Positions 12,861 to 25,835 of a stretch of DNA of 64,000 nt are shown here, in pieces. Below the pieces are notes generated by a model. That model was not told the origin of the DNA. It was given only the letters and a program-made list of their open reading frames with translations, and did not search any database. The stretch lies in NCBI RefSeq assembly GCF_020745735.1, contig NC_083432.1:45757874-45821873 (forward strand). Direction: 5' to 3'. The first letter of the stretch is position 1. Each line of letters starts with the position of its first letter. A program made the translations under genes and the position numbers. The stretch is from Hemiscyllium ocellatum (Eukaryota).

Positions 12861-13299
12861 TGTGATGCCAGAGAGTTGTAGGGCTGGAGGAGATTACAGA
12901 GATGGGGAGAGATTTGGAAACATTTGATGATGAGAAGATGATGTGGTGTCATTGCAAGCTAATTTTGAGGCTGTCCTTGAGGTGTTGGCACATCTTCACA
13001 TCCCAACAGGAATTAGGGATTAGGAAAAGGAACCATGGTGACTTCCCCTCTTTCTAAAACTAACTACCCACTCTCCAGCCCTTTATAAACCCTGTACCGA
13101 TGTAGTGCTGCCTCATGTCAACCTAGGTACCCATCCCATGAAGCTTTGCCCTTTGCCCTTTCACCTATCATGTCAACTCATCTACTATTCACCATGGACT
13201 GACCTCAGCACACATGTACAGATGAGAAAGAAATAATCTTCTGTTAAATAAAAGAAGTGCGCTGCAAAGTTTACTATATTGTGAAAAATGCCCTCACTA

Positions 13300-13500
13300 A
13301 AAAGGTAAAGTTGTCATCGGACCAGAAGACTGGTCTCCAATTAGAAAGAGAGAGCTGGGGGTGGTTTAACCAGAGGGTCACTGAGCCTCAGGTGTGGGAA
13401 GAGGTTGAGAAAGAGAGTCCTTCACAGTAACCTCAGAAGTGAACCCCTACTGGTGGCAGCACTCTGTGTCAAACCAGCCATCCAACCAACTGAGCTAACC
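13300..13500 (-). mobile_element. tRNA-headed SINE, same family as 1898-2091
   Basis: GGTTTAACCAGAGGGTCAC...CCTCAGG...GGTTGAGAAAGAGAGT...TCCAACCAACTGAGCTAACC. Confidence 0.55.
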
Positions 13501-13869
13501 AAATCCCTACAACCTCAGAAATAAAAATACAATTGCTACATTTAAATTCCTTCATTTCAGTGAAGCTTCCTTTACATTTCTTTCAAGTACAACACATTCC
13601 CACATCAAAGAGTTCAAAGTCACTTCTTATTGTCCGTCAAATTGAGAGATGGAAGGCACAATGCTGTGACAATGTATCTTCTGAAATCAATTGTACTGCA
13701 TTAATTCACTGCGATAGCGAGGCTTTCTCTGTTGGCAAAAATCTCGGACAGTGTACCCAGAGATTTTGTGACATTAAATATGAAAGATTTTCTTTATATC
13801 ACACATCTCGTAAGCTTAGGGTTTGCAAATGCTGAAGTCAGTTACTCCAGTTAATTTACATACAGAAAG

Positions 13870-14150
13870 CTTTGCACAAACAGCAGTATGATATTGTGAT
13901 TTGGTCAGGGTATAAATATTGGCCAGGACTCCAGGGAGAACTCCCCTGCTCAACTTCAAACTGGGACCAGTGGGACTTTCAAATGTATCCAAGAAGGCAG
14001 ACAGCACTCTGGTTCAGGATTTCATCCTCTGACAGTGCAGCACTCCCTCAGTATTGTACTTGAAGTGTCCATTTGGATGTAATCCTCACACTTCTGGAAT
14101 GGGATTTGATACTTCTAATGGAGAGACAAGATTGCTACCCACTGATCCAT
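13870..14150 (-). mobile_element. Deu-domain SINE (SacSINE1/AmnSINE1-like)
   Basis: Reverse complement has GAGCAGGGGAGTTCTCCCTGGAGTCCTGGCCAATATTTAT and TACTGAGGGAGTGCTGCACTGTCAGAGG, typical Deu-SINE blocks. Confidence 0.7.
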
Positions 14151-14269
14151 AGCTTTGATTCATTGCATCCTTGTAGCCCATAATGACCACATTCCTGCAC
14201 AGGCATTATTAATAATAGCCTGGGAGAGGAAAGACCCTGAAAACATCATTGGAAATTCAAGTTAGTTAA

Positions 14270-14985
14270 GGCAAACCAGGGCAGGACTAATGCAGTTAAT
14301 GTCGGGCCCTGGGAATGTTGCAAACGAGACCTGGGGTGCGGTGTATAGTTCCTTAAAAACAAACTGCCAATAGGCAGAGTGGTAAAGAAGGCATTTGGGA
14401 CGCATTAGTCAGTGCATTGAGTGTAAGAGTTGAGATGTAAGAGTTGGAGCTGTACAAGACACTGGTGAGGCCTCTTTTAGAATACTGCGTTCAATTCTGT
14501 TGTCCTTCTATAGGAAGGATGTTGTTAAACTTGATAGGGTGCAGAAAAGATTTATAAGGATGCTTCTGGGTCTGGAGGGTTTGAGCTCTGGGGAGAGGCT
14601 GAATCGGCTGGGGCTAGTTTACTTGGAGCATTGGAGGCTGAGGGATTGATAAAATCATGAAGGGCATAGATAGAATGAATAGCCAAACTCTTTTACCTAG
14701 ATTTCGGAGTCCAAAAGTAAACTGCATAGGTTTAAGGTGAGAGTGGAAAGATTTGGAAAGGACCTAGGGACACCTTTTCACACAGAGGGTATGGGATGAG
14801 TTGCCAGAGGAGGTGGTGAAGGTGGGTACGTTGCAAAATGTAAAAGGCATCAGGATGGCTCCATGAACAGAAAGGGTTTAGAGAGATATGGGCCAAATGA
14901 GACTTGGTCAGATTGGGATGTCTGGCTGGCACCAACGGGTTGGACCGAAGGGTCTGTTTCCACGCTGTTTAACTCGATGACTCTC
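14270..14985 (+). mobile_element. CR1 3' fragment
   Basis: CTGTACAAGACACTGGTGAGGCC (LYKTLVRP), TTTTCACACAGAGGGT, GGACCGAAGGGTCTGTTTCC 3' UTR. Confidence 0.8.
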
Positions 14986-16609
14986 AGTCCCTAGGTTACA
15001 TAATGTGATGTCACTGCAACTGTTCATAGTCTCATCCTCCCTTCCTTACCATTTGGAGCAGTAACCTGCAACAGCAAACTCTGTAATGACACAAAAACAT
15101 CTTGTGTGTCTGTCCTGACGACTTGACCTGCCTGTGACTCGCCATTTTGAGAATCTCATCAAAGTCTATCAAATCCAGTTCATTCATCCTCATCCTGAGT
15201 TCACGTTTCTCCCAGGTCAGTATTACCGTATAAGGCTTCTTTAACTCATTCATTGGATATGGGCGTCACTGGCTGGGTCGGCATTTATTAACAATCCCTA
15301 GTTGCCCTTGAACAGGTGGTAGTGAGCTTTCTGGGAACTTTGAATCACTCTAGGAGTCTTCATCGGGCATCTTGGGCATTGAGCTTTTGCCCCTTGCTGC
15401 TGGGTAATCCAGTGTTCAGCCTGACATGTTTTCACACAGTTTCTGTCAACACTATATCCATATTTATAATGATGCTGGTGTCTGTGAACCACTTATGCTA
15501 TAATTGTGTTCTCCTCTCCTAAATAGATGCAGAGCAGAATTTAAAATAGAAATATAAAAATAGAAACAAAAGGTTTTATTTTAAAATAAATCGCATCTGC
15601 ACCCCCTTGTCCAATTCTCCCTCAGTCTCTTGCCAAGCTTTATCTTCCAACCACAGCTAGTTTTAATTCCCTCAATGTTATCCCACAGGAAACTATTGCA
15701 TCTTTAATAAAACAATAATCAAGAGAAGAGAGACTGAGTACTGTGGAGAGCATGTTGTTCATCACAGAATGGCTGCTTCCATTAATATCTACTCTCCACT
15801 ACCACAGTTTCATTGAATCCCTGATAGAAATATTGGAAAAAGAGTCAGTCATTCAGACTCTCAGACCTGTTCTGCTGTTGAATTACATTTTCAATGATCT
15901 ATATCTGAATTTAATTTCACCCCTGGTTCCATAACCAGTAAAATGTTTATCAAATCAAAATCTCTCAGTTTTGAAAGTTTCCCTTGGACTCAGGATTCTC
16001 CCATTTGGGAAGGGTTGGTGAGACACTTCACATTTCCACTATACTTTGTGTCAGTCAGTGTTTCCTGATGTCACTCCTGAATGACCTAACTGTAATTTTA
16101 AAGCTGTTTCCCTTGTTTTAAACTTTTCCCACCAGTGGAGAATGTTTCTCTCTATCTCCACCACCAAATTCTTTCATTATATCTTCATAATCTGTTATGA
16201 TCAAGAAAGAAATACAAGCCTGATCTGGGCAGCGCTCATCATTTAACCCTTTCAGCCTACATATGACAACTGTTTCTGCTAATTCCTCACTGATATGTTC
16301 TTCAGGACAAGTCTGAGATGAGTTTAAGGTATGGGCCAGGCAGATGTCTGAGACAATGGGGAATGGACATTGATAAACTCACCTTTGCTCTTATTTTGGT
16401 ATCAGTCAGTTTCTATCCTCTGTGTGTGTGCTCTTTCCCATGTAGATTGCATACTGTCACTGACCAACCCAAACTTGTCACCAAGGCTGAGAATAACGTC
16501 TGCTAGGAAGTGTAACCACAGGTTCCTTGCTAAACAGGAGAGAAATGGAAACGTTTGCCAGACATAATGCCTGTGAGCACAGGCCATTAAAGGAAGGAAA
16601 ATCTCCATC

Positions 16610-16737
16610 TCACACACAGACACACACGCACACACAGAGTGATAGACATACACTCTCACATACGCACACACAGAGACACAGACACACACACGCACACACG
16701 CACAGACACACACAGAAATACACACACACACACACAT
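16610..16737. repeat. Imperfect (CA)n/(CAGA)n microsatellite
   Basis: Direct reading. Confidence 0.9.
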
Positions 16738-17257
16738 CTATAGAATCTGGCAAATACAGTGTCTGAGAATACTGAACGTGACCATTGCCGTATGAGTCTT
16801 CATAGCCAATCTCATTAATCGTCTAGCATTTAAGGGATCAACAATTAATTGATGATTAGCTATCTACTTAAATAAACTTAATTTTGCTAATGGACTAAAG
16901 CTTTGAAAAGGCATGTGCACAAAAGCCATCCAGCCCATCAAATAGTCATTGGTCCCACACCATTGCTTCAAACTAATGCTTTATCAGTGACCAAAATTTT
17001 TCATTACACTTCTGTTCCTGATGATATTTCCCCAAAGCTTCCTGATCCCAGTCCTGAATTTACTTTTAGTGTTTTGTAGCTCCTCCTTCTGCTGAAGTCA
17101 TGCTTTAATTTGAAATACTAAATGAACCTCGGTACTTTGTAAATATGAATAAGACACCCTTCTGTTTGTTTCTCTTCAAAGGTGAACCACTTGAGATTCT
17201 CTGGTGTAGACCCTTTACTAAGTCCCATTGGATAAGGTTGCTACTTTTACTGAGTAA

Positions 17258-17697
17258 CAGAGTCATAGAGATGCACAGCACGGAAACAGACCCTTCAGTC
17301 CAGCTCATCCATGCTGACCAGATATCCTAAATTAAACTAGTCCCATTTGCTAGCGCTTGGCCCATATCCCTCCAAACCCTTCCTATTCATATACTCTTCC
17401 AGATGCCTTTTCAACGTTGCGATTGTACCAGTCTCCACCACTTCCTCTGGCAGCTCATTCCAACACGTACCACCCTCTGTGTGGCAAAGTTGCTCCTTAG
17501 GTCCGTTTTAAATCTTTCCCCTCTCACCTTTAACCTATGCTCTCTAGTTTTGGACTCCCCTACTCTGGAAAAAAGACCTTGGCCAATTCACCTTTTCCAT
17601 GCCCCTCATGATTTTATAATCCTCTATAAGATCACCCCTCAGCCTCCAACACGCCAGGGAAAATAACTCCAGCCTGTTCAGCCTCTGCCTGTAGCTG
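17258..17697 (-). mobile_element. CR1 3' end
   Basis: AGAGTCATAGAG tail, GGAAACAGACCCTTC, CACCCTCTGTGTG, CTCTAGTTTTGGACTCCCC (antisense GESRTRG). Confidence 0.85.
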
Positions 17698-18262
17698 AGG
17701 TTTGGATCTTACCCATGTCAGATGTTAAATACAAGATTGCTACATTCATCAGGCATCACTGAAACTGATTTTCTTTCCCTATCTATATTGCTGAAATCTC
17801 CCTAACTCTAGACCTTGCTTAGTCAGAGGACAATTCAACCACTGGGATTCCTCAGACAGATCAACTGATCAGTTGTTACAGAGATCTGTTACTTTGAGTC
17901 TCTGTACTACCTTCCAGAGCACCACTACTGTTGAATTAATAATTTGGAAAGGGAATTTAGAGACTTGCAGTTGAAAGCTGTTGATGGGCATGGAGCAAGG
18001 GATTTAATTACTGTAGTTTTAACAGAGATGTTTGCAGATGTCCAGTGAGGCCTTTAAAATATTCAGAAAATTTATATATTCAAAAAAAAGTACAATTTGT
18101 GGAAAAGTGCCAAGCTACCAACAATCTGGAATCCGTCCTGTGGAATTGTTGGTTAGATTCCAACCCGAGTTACTCAGGAAGATGTTCAACTGTAACCAAT
18201 GTTGTTAATTACCAAGTTACCCTTAACCTGTTTAACCATCACTAGGATACAGAACTTGCCTA

Positions 18263-18350
18263 GTGTTGTGCTGGAAAAGCACAGCCGGTCAGGCAGCATC
18301 CGAAGAGCAGGAGAGTCTATGTTGTGAGCATGAGCTCTTCATCAGGAATG
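18263..18350 (-). mobile_element. PLE 3' end remnant
   Basis: GTGCTGGAAAAGCACAGC...CTCTTCATCAGGAAT (reverse contains ATTCCTGATGAAG). Confidence 0.6.
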
Positions 18351-18679
18351 TGGTTCGGGATGTGCTTTTCTAACATCACACTTTTCTCACCTCATGAGTG
18401 ACCTAGCCTGCCCGTGCTGCCCCTCTTGTTCGATTCTAGCCCCAGCTCACCATACACTGTTCCTGGAAGAATTAGCTAATTGTCAGATATCTACTGAAAA
18501 ACCATCATCCCTGGCGCCCATGCCAACATCAAAAGGCTGTGTACTGCTGGCATTCCAAAGCTGGGTGACAGACGTTCTGTGTGAAGGTGTTGGAGAAGAG
18601 GAAAATGACACCACAGTTATCCAACAGGGACCTGGTCCTGGTCCTGGTCCTGGTATGGCTGGGTGAGTGAGGAGACAGC

Positions 18680-19520
18680 TCACGCCTTACCTGGTAGACA
18701 GGCTGGTGCACAGGAGGGGGCTTCCTTCTCCAAGTGCTCTGGCAGAGGACCCCATGCCCCCAGACCCTAGCAGCCTGGTGTAAGATCCTCACCCCTTCCA
18801 CATTCCAGAGGAATGGGCTGCAGTGCCACAGGAACATCACTGTCCTTCGCTACTCTGCCAGTGTGAGTGCCATATCTCACATCCTCCCTCACTCTGCCAC
18901 TTCACACTCTCCCTCACTCCATACCTCACTCTGCCACTTCACATTTTGTACCTCACACTCTCCCTCACTCCATACCTCACTCTACCACCTCACACTCTGT
19001 ATCTCACATTTTCCATTACTCCCTACCTCACATTCTCTACCACACAATGTACCTCACACTGCCTCACTCCGGTACCTCAGGCTCTACCTCACTCCTTACC
19101 TCACACTGCTATCTCACACTCTGCCTCACGCTCTGTACCCACCTGCCACCAAGGCACATCCTGTGCCACTCTCACTATTCCTCACTCAATATCGTCCCTC
19201 ACTCACCCTCACCCACCTCAACCCACTCCACCACTGCCCCCCTGCACCCCTCCCACCCCCCAAACACACGCACGTGCGCACACACACATGCCACTAACCC
19301 CTGCTTGGCCTCTGTGCTGTCTCCTCACTCACCCAGCCATACCAGCACAAACGTGCCACCCACTTTCATCTCACTTAACCCCTCCCTTTCTCTCAGTCCA
19401 TGATGAACCAGCCAATAACAAGGCGGGAAGAACCATGATGGGTGGAGGGAGCCTGACATCAGGCTCCTCACCCCCACCTGCCAGACCACCCCATGAGGAA
19501 GGAATCTGTCCCTCGTGGGA
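18680..19520 (+). pseudogene. Decayed two-exon Myb/SANT-like gene of PIF/Harbinger type (MYPOP/NAIF1/MSANTD-like)
   Basis: PQTLAAWCKI...RNGLQCHRNITVLRYSAS then GTGAGT (18863); CA/CT-rich intron; second part DEPANNKAGRTMMGGG then frameshift PDIRLLTP, resembling my recollection of the W...RTxxQCRKKxNDL...SAR / AHNxRERxxTGGGxPDIRxLTP pattern. Confidence 0.5.
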
Positions 19521-20309
19521 AAGACATGGAGCACCCTTGCAAGAATCCCATGTGGCTGCAAGTCCCATTTGCCATTTCACTGCAACCCTCACCTTCAGCC
19601 CACTGTCAGTGTGATACCAGTGTAACCCACAGGGCGCGTCACCTTTGCAAATATGTATTAGGGAGAAGAAAAGAAAAATTCAGAATCCAATTCCAGCTCT
19701 CTTAACATTAATTTGATGACCGTATTCAAACATAAGAGAGAGTTTGTTTCTCAATCACTTTAACCTGACTTGTTGTTTCAATTCCCTGTCTTCACAGTGT
19801 CTCCTTCAAGTATTCACACAACCAAGCTTAGACTTTCTCAGCTTCAAATAACCCATTCTAGGGTCTGATGAAATACTTCTGGTTTGAATCGTTTACAGTA
19901 AAACCCTGACATTGAATAAATCTATTTCCTGACATTTCTAAACTATTTCCTTTCTTCATCTAAAGTCCACCAGGACCTTTGTGAATTAAAAATCAAAAGC
20001 TTCCCAAGCTATGGGTATGTCATAGGCAAAAGAAACCCCTCTTGATCATTCTAACTTAAAGCAGCTAATGCCCTTCAATCTTTACCAGTGAAACTTTGCC
20101 AATGCAAACAAATTTCCATTATCATCCAGGATTGTGGCCACTCCTATTAGTTTAAAACAAAAATACAGCTCCTGAAAGACTGACAAGTTAATCATTAAAA
20201 ATCCTTCCCCACCCCCATATGCACAGACCAAAGCCCACATGCCACTAGTGCAATATCCAAATTCTAAAGTAAACTTGTTTAAAATATATGTACATTATAT
20301 GCCCCATAG

Positions 20310-20720
20310 CACAGAGGCTGGATAGGCTTGAATTGCTTTCTTCAAGGAGGTAAGGCTGAGTGGGGACCTGATAGTGGTGCAGATGATTATGAGAGGCATT
20401 GTCAGAGAGCAGTTGTTCTCTTTAATTACAGAGTCAATAACAAAGAGACATAATATTAAGGTAGACAGCAGGAGGTTTCGAGGGGATTTGAGGAAAATTG
20501 TTTTCACTGAGATGGTGGTGGGAATATGGAATGTACTGCCTGGAAGGGGAGCTGAGGTGGAAAACCTCACAACCTTTAAAAAGGATGTGGCTGAGCACTT
20601 GAAATATCATAACATTCAAACTATGGGCCAAGTGCTGGAAAGTGGGATTAGTGTAGATATATCAGCACGGATTAGATGGGCCAATGGGCCTCTTTTGTGC
20701 TGTACGACTGTATGACTATT
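20310..20720 (+). mobile_element. CR1 3' fragment
   Basis: MRGIVREQLFSL...RRFRGDLRKIVFTEMVVGIWNVLP. Confidence 0.75.
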
Positions 20721-22439
20721 GTATGCTACACATGAGGTACTCCAATATTGAAATCTTTCTGATATCAATGCTCAGCGACAATGCTACCGTGTAACAGTAG
20801 CCCCTGAGTGACTGTGTAATATATAGATCATGAGGCTGATTCTGCCCCTTATAAACAGGGAATCTCACATCTATCCAGCAAGGCTAACACCAGCACGGCG
20901 CTACCAGCTCCCTGGAATTATTTAGCCAATGTTTTTGCCAGCGTTATTTGGTATTAATTCCACAGTACAGAAACAGGTGATTTAATTCTGTTGCTGAGCA
21001 GTGGTACTTATTCTCCACAGGGGCTAACTTACTTTCTCCTTTTGATTTTTAAATGGCTTTGATGATATCTCCTCTGAATCTTCATATCCTTTGCTTAAGT
21101 TATTATTTTATTGTTGGATATAGCAGGAGAGGTGCAGCTGCATTCCTTGAAGTGTCTATTATAGATACACCCTGCTGTTACTTGGCTGTTTCAAAGGAGA
21201 CACTTACCTAGGACCATCCCACTAAGTGCCAGTCAATTTATGTTCATAAGTAACCCTCGTCTGCTGTTTTTTTCTGTTTCAATTTCTTTTAGTAGAGAAA
21301 GACTGAACAGGCTGGGATCATTGCTTAGAAAAAACAGGTTTGAAAAGTGATTTAATGAAGAATTTTCAAATAATAAAGGGATTTGATTGTCAAGATATTT
21401 CACTGGCAGGAGTCCAAATTTAAGGACCCAAACTATAAGAAATGTTTGCTTTGACTCAGTTGGTCACACTCTTGTCCCTAAATGCCCCCCCCGCATTGCA
21501 AGACACAACCAAACGTAACAACCAGCAGGAGGAACCCGGATGTAGCAACTTCACAAACCTGCCTGTTCCATGAATGTTACAATATTCACCAGTTGCTGGT
21601 AGTGACAGTATAAAATACAGGTAACAAAGTGAAGAGTTCATCACAATCGGATGTGAGACATCGAGTGACGCTACCTTGAAAACATTGGGGAATAATGATA
21701 GTCAACTCTCTATCATATTAATCAAATTAGCTTTATTTCTGTTTTGTCAGAGTTTGATTTGTGCAAAATAAATCCTGCATTTCTCACAGCACAACAGTAA
21801 CTGAACACCATCATCTATAAAAGTGCATTAAAATCTCCTGTGGCTGGGAAAGCAAACAGTTTTTGTTTTAATTGTTGGCGTCTTATTACTCCCGGTGCTA
21901 ACCTCTGATTTACGGGAAAGTGGTGTTATCCATCAATTTAGTGGGAATCCAAACGAAAAGACAGATGTTTGATTTCTGAGCCTAGTTTGCCAGTCTGTAA
22001 CTGGTGGAACAGGGACATGGATTGGTGCCCAACTTTGAAATATGCAGCATACTAATGTTGCCAGCTGTTGCATTGCTCATTGATGCATTTGATAGATTTG
22101 AGCAAGATTTGTGCGATGTTGCCCAACAGGCAGAACCCGAGCAAACGTGGTGGTGACACGGAAGGACTCAGCAGTCAGGTCTGTGGGAAGGTGAGACTTG
22201 CCTCATCATCTTTGATGCTGTCGTGTGTTATTCTGTTGAGTCCCTACTGCCCTCCCTCGACGGTTCCCTTCCCTATTTCGGGACATTGTGGGTCTGTTTT
22301 CCTCAGTGGGTAACAATCTCTCCTGAGTGTACATGTCATCAATTTATGTCCCACCCTAGACATTTGAACACCAAATAAAAGCTGGTTTCTGGCGATGGTG
22401 CATGTTGTGTTGCTCGAGGTATAGGTGCACACAAACCAT

Positions 22440-22650
22440 ACGATGCAACTATTTCAAAGAACAAATGAACATCTCTCAGTGCCCTGGCCAATATTTACCT
22501 CTCGATAACATTGTTTATCTGGCCAATATTATTTTGTTGTTTTTTTGAGCTGGCTGTGCGTAAATTGGTTGTCACATTTCTTGCAATAATAATTCGTCTG
22601 TAGGGCACTTTGAGATGTCCTGAGTTTGCGAGTAGCTCTGCGCTTTCTCA
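22440..22650 (+). mobile_element. Deu-domain SINE remnant
   Basis: CTATTTCAAAGAA...GTGCCCTGGCCAATATTTA...GCTGTGCGTAAATTGG...GCACTTTGAGATGTCCTGAG. Confidence 0.55.
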
Positions 22651-25600
22651 TTCTTTCTTGAGTTCACATTGACCCGACATTATGTCAAACTAATCTTCTG
22701 GCTATATTTGACATTCTCAGTTGGAGACGGGGTCGTGTGCGATCCAGTCTTGTCCCCACCAGCATTTCGTTTTAAATCTTTTCCGTAGGCTTGTGATTTC
22801 AGTCGCACAGTCGTTAATGACAAATATCTTCGAACAATTTCACTCCAGTACATGGTTCCTGCAAAGCTACAACAACACACTAATCACCTCTGATTAGTGT
22901 GAATTGTACAATCTCTCTCTGACAGGTTGTAAATTGAAAATTGCCAATAAATCCAAAAGGGTGATTTTGTGGTGTGCTTCTTTCAAGAGGTTAGAATTGA
23001 GTGTTCTTTCCGGAGACTTCTATTGCTCAATATGTTATCTGACCTGGAAAAGAAAACCATGTTTATGCAGATAAATCAATAGAATAAATTTTAACTTTTC
23101 CTTATTAATTCCGAATTAATTCTTCATTGATTTCCTGCTGCACAGCTGCAGTGTCTGGGATGTGAAGGTTAGTTATAAGCAATCACTGGTGGCTTGGGGA
23201 ATGTTTACCGTGCAAATAACTGGGAATCATGATGCTGTTGCTGGCATTTCTGCTGGAGTTTGCTCCATCCCTACAGCCCACTCAGTCCCTCAGTTGGCCA
23301 GGGTGTGATTACTGATTCTTACAGGATTCACAACTCTGTGTCAGTCTCTATGTTTGAGCACTGCATTCCTTTCTAAGACCATATAACATCGGAGCAGACG
23401 TAGGTGATTTCCCTGGGACCTTGATTTCCGTCCAGATTAAAAATCTGTCTAGCTCAACCTCAAATATACTTAACTACCCAACCTCGACAGCTGGCTGTGG
23501 GAAAAAGCAGAAAACTGGAGCTGAGGCTTAATCAGCCATGAGCTCATCGAATGGCAGCATAGACTCAACGGGCTGAATGGCCTATTTGTGCTCCTATGTC
23601 AAATGGGCTGCAAAAGGAACCTTGTGCTCAAACACAGGCACAGGCACAGATCCTATTATCAGGTAGATAGTTTGCTGTCACGGTAACAGACCCTGCGAGA
23701 GACTTCTGCGTGTTTTAAGCAAAATTGACACTGGGGATGATATCAGGAGCTAGTATGGTTTCATGTGATGGCTGAATTACAGGCATTGACAGTACAGCCT
23801 GTGAAAGAGTAGCTAGGAAGCAGAATGCACAGTATTTCCATAAAGTCAGTCTTCATCCTTATGCACTGATCCCTAACCTAGCTCATACCAATGAAGTTTG
23901 TATTTTATCGCTCTGTGTACCTCAGCACCATCTCAGGGAAGTAGCACTGAGATCAGAATCTGCCCTGACAACCCCAAGCAGGCTGGGAATGTGGAATGTC
24001 TTCATTTTGAAGTTTGCAGATAGCTTCGAACCTGCAACAGCTCGATAACGGGTTTCTGGACCCTGTTATCCATTTTACTGAGTATGCAGAGTTCACGGAG
24101 GGCATGTGCTGGAATATGTCAGAGATTATTCACCTGGATTTCTTGGTGTCTGAAGTTACATATTCCATTGAACAGATCAAGCTCCAACAACAACTTCAAT
24201 TTTGAAGGCACCTTTAACATGGTAAAACATCAGCAGGATGTTGGGTCAGACCATTGAAAAACTTGAACAAGGAGGCTGTTTCAAAGGAATGTCTTAAAGG
24301 GGGAATTTGATGTTGCGAGGCAGTGACATGGAGGCAATCCCAGGATTTCTGCAACTGAACAGATCCCCACAGCCAGCATTCCAGGAGGACTGAGACCTCT
24401 GAGAGTTGGGAGACTCAAGGTGATTACAACAATGGGGAGCAGTGAGGCTGTTCAGGGATTTGAAAACCAGGAGGAGAACTTTGAAATCAAGACTTCAACT
24501 TTTCTTTCTATCTGTTAGCATGTTCTTCTAGAATCACAGAGACATACAGTACAGAAAAGGCCATTAGGCTGAACAAGTCTGGACCAACAAAAGTCTACTC
24601 AATCAACAGTAGTTCCACTTTCCATCTGAATTAACTGCCCAGAGGCCAGTGTCCTGTTATGTTGCTTGTGCACAGTACACTGACTGTAGAGTCAGACCCT
24701 GAACCAAGGAGATTCTAAATCCTTGGCTTCTATTGGTCAGCTTCCTGACTGGTCCAGGTTAACAAGCCCAATCAAGGATCTCATAGTCAACAAGATTCAC
24801 CTGGTCCCAATCACGACATCATCCCTTGGCTGGAATATTTTATTTTAAACACAATTACAAAAGTATGCACACAGAGGAGATAAAAGGTTGATGTCAGTGT
24901 ATATGATCCATGGGAACTTCTTGTGACGAGGTGAGAAGGGCCTATAATGTTCGAGCTCTATCACACGCAGTGCTTCAGTTCCCATCTGAAGAATGACTCA
25001 CTGACAGGGAATCTGAGGACACTCAGCAAGTTCAGAAGAGGCTGCAGGGAGGTTGAAAAAAAACCCTTACTTAAGTTTAAATAAATGTTAGACCCTGTTA
25101 GCAGTGCCGTTAAATGACAACTCAGTGCATTGAATTGCTCTGCAGGGGATGGGCAAATTAACACTAATGGTCATCGAATAAATGACAGCATTTCATTTGG
25201 ATAATAACTCATTTACTGAAAACAATCAACAAATAGTTTGCATTCAGTGAAACCTCAGGGCCTTGTTAAAGACACTCAGGTTATTTTCACTGTTCTTTGA
25301 AGAATTGGCATTAAGTAGCTACTGAGTAATTGTGAAAATAACACTGTCCCTTTGAATATTAAAATGAATTTGCCGCTGCAATGCAGGGGTATTGCCTTCA
25401 TTGTGAGTATGTGATCTTTGAGACAGATTGATCCTTTGAAAGCCCTGTTCTTTGGTGTGTTGATGTGTAGGTGACAATTGTTTTGCTGACATCTGTTGCT
25501 CAGGTCTATCAAAAAGTACTTTATTTTACCAAAAATTACAAAAATCTGCACCTAGATAAGAAAATAGCACGTGCCAGTGTTTCTGATCCACAGGAACTTC

Positions 25601-25797
25601 CTCACATCGCTCTCAATCTCATCCCAACAACATTCTCATCTATTTTACTTTGTTGTTTTCTCTCTCATGTTCACTGCCCCTTACTTTAACGTTTGTTTCA
25701 GCCACTCCCTGTGGGACAGAGTTCCATTTTCCCACCATTCCCTGGATGAAGACATTTCTCCCAAATTCCCAATGACCGCTCTGGGCTAAGTCAAACT

Positions 25798-25835
25798 GGT
25801 TGCTAGGAGACCTGCTCATTGGTCTCCTAGCAACC
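25798..25835. promoter_or_regulatory. Perfect 15-bp inverted repeat of two RFX X-box-like motifs around a CCAAT-like spacer
   Basis: GGTTGCTAGGAGACC-TGCTCATT-GGTCTCCTAGCAACC; the repeat is certain, the regulatory role is inferred. Confidence 0.4.

Noticed and set aside
22680-25551. Minus-strand multi-exon gene using acceptors near 25551, 25043, 24095 and 22859
   Set aside because: Individual splice signals are plausible, but I could not join them into a consistent open frame or recognise a protein
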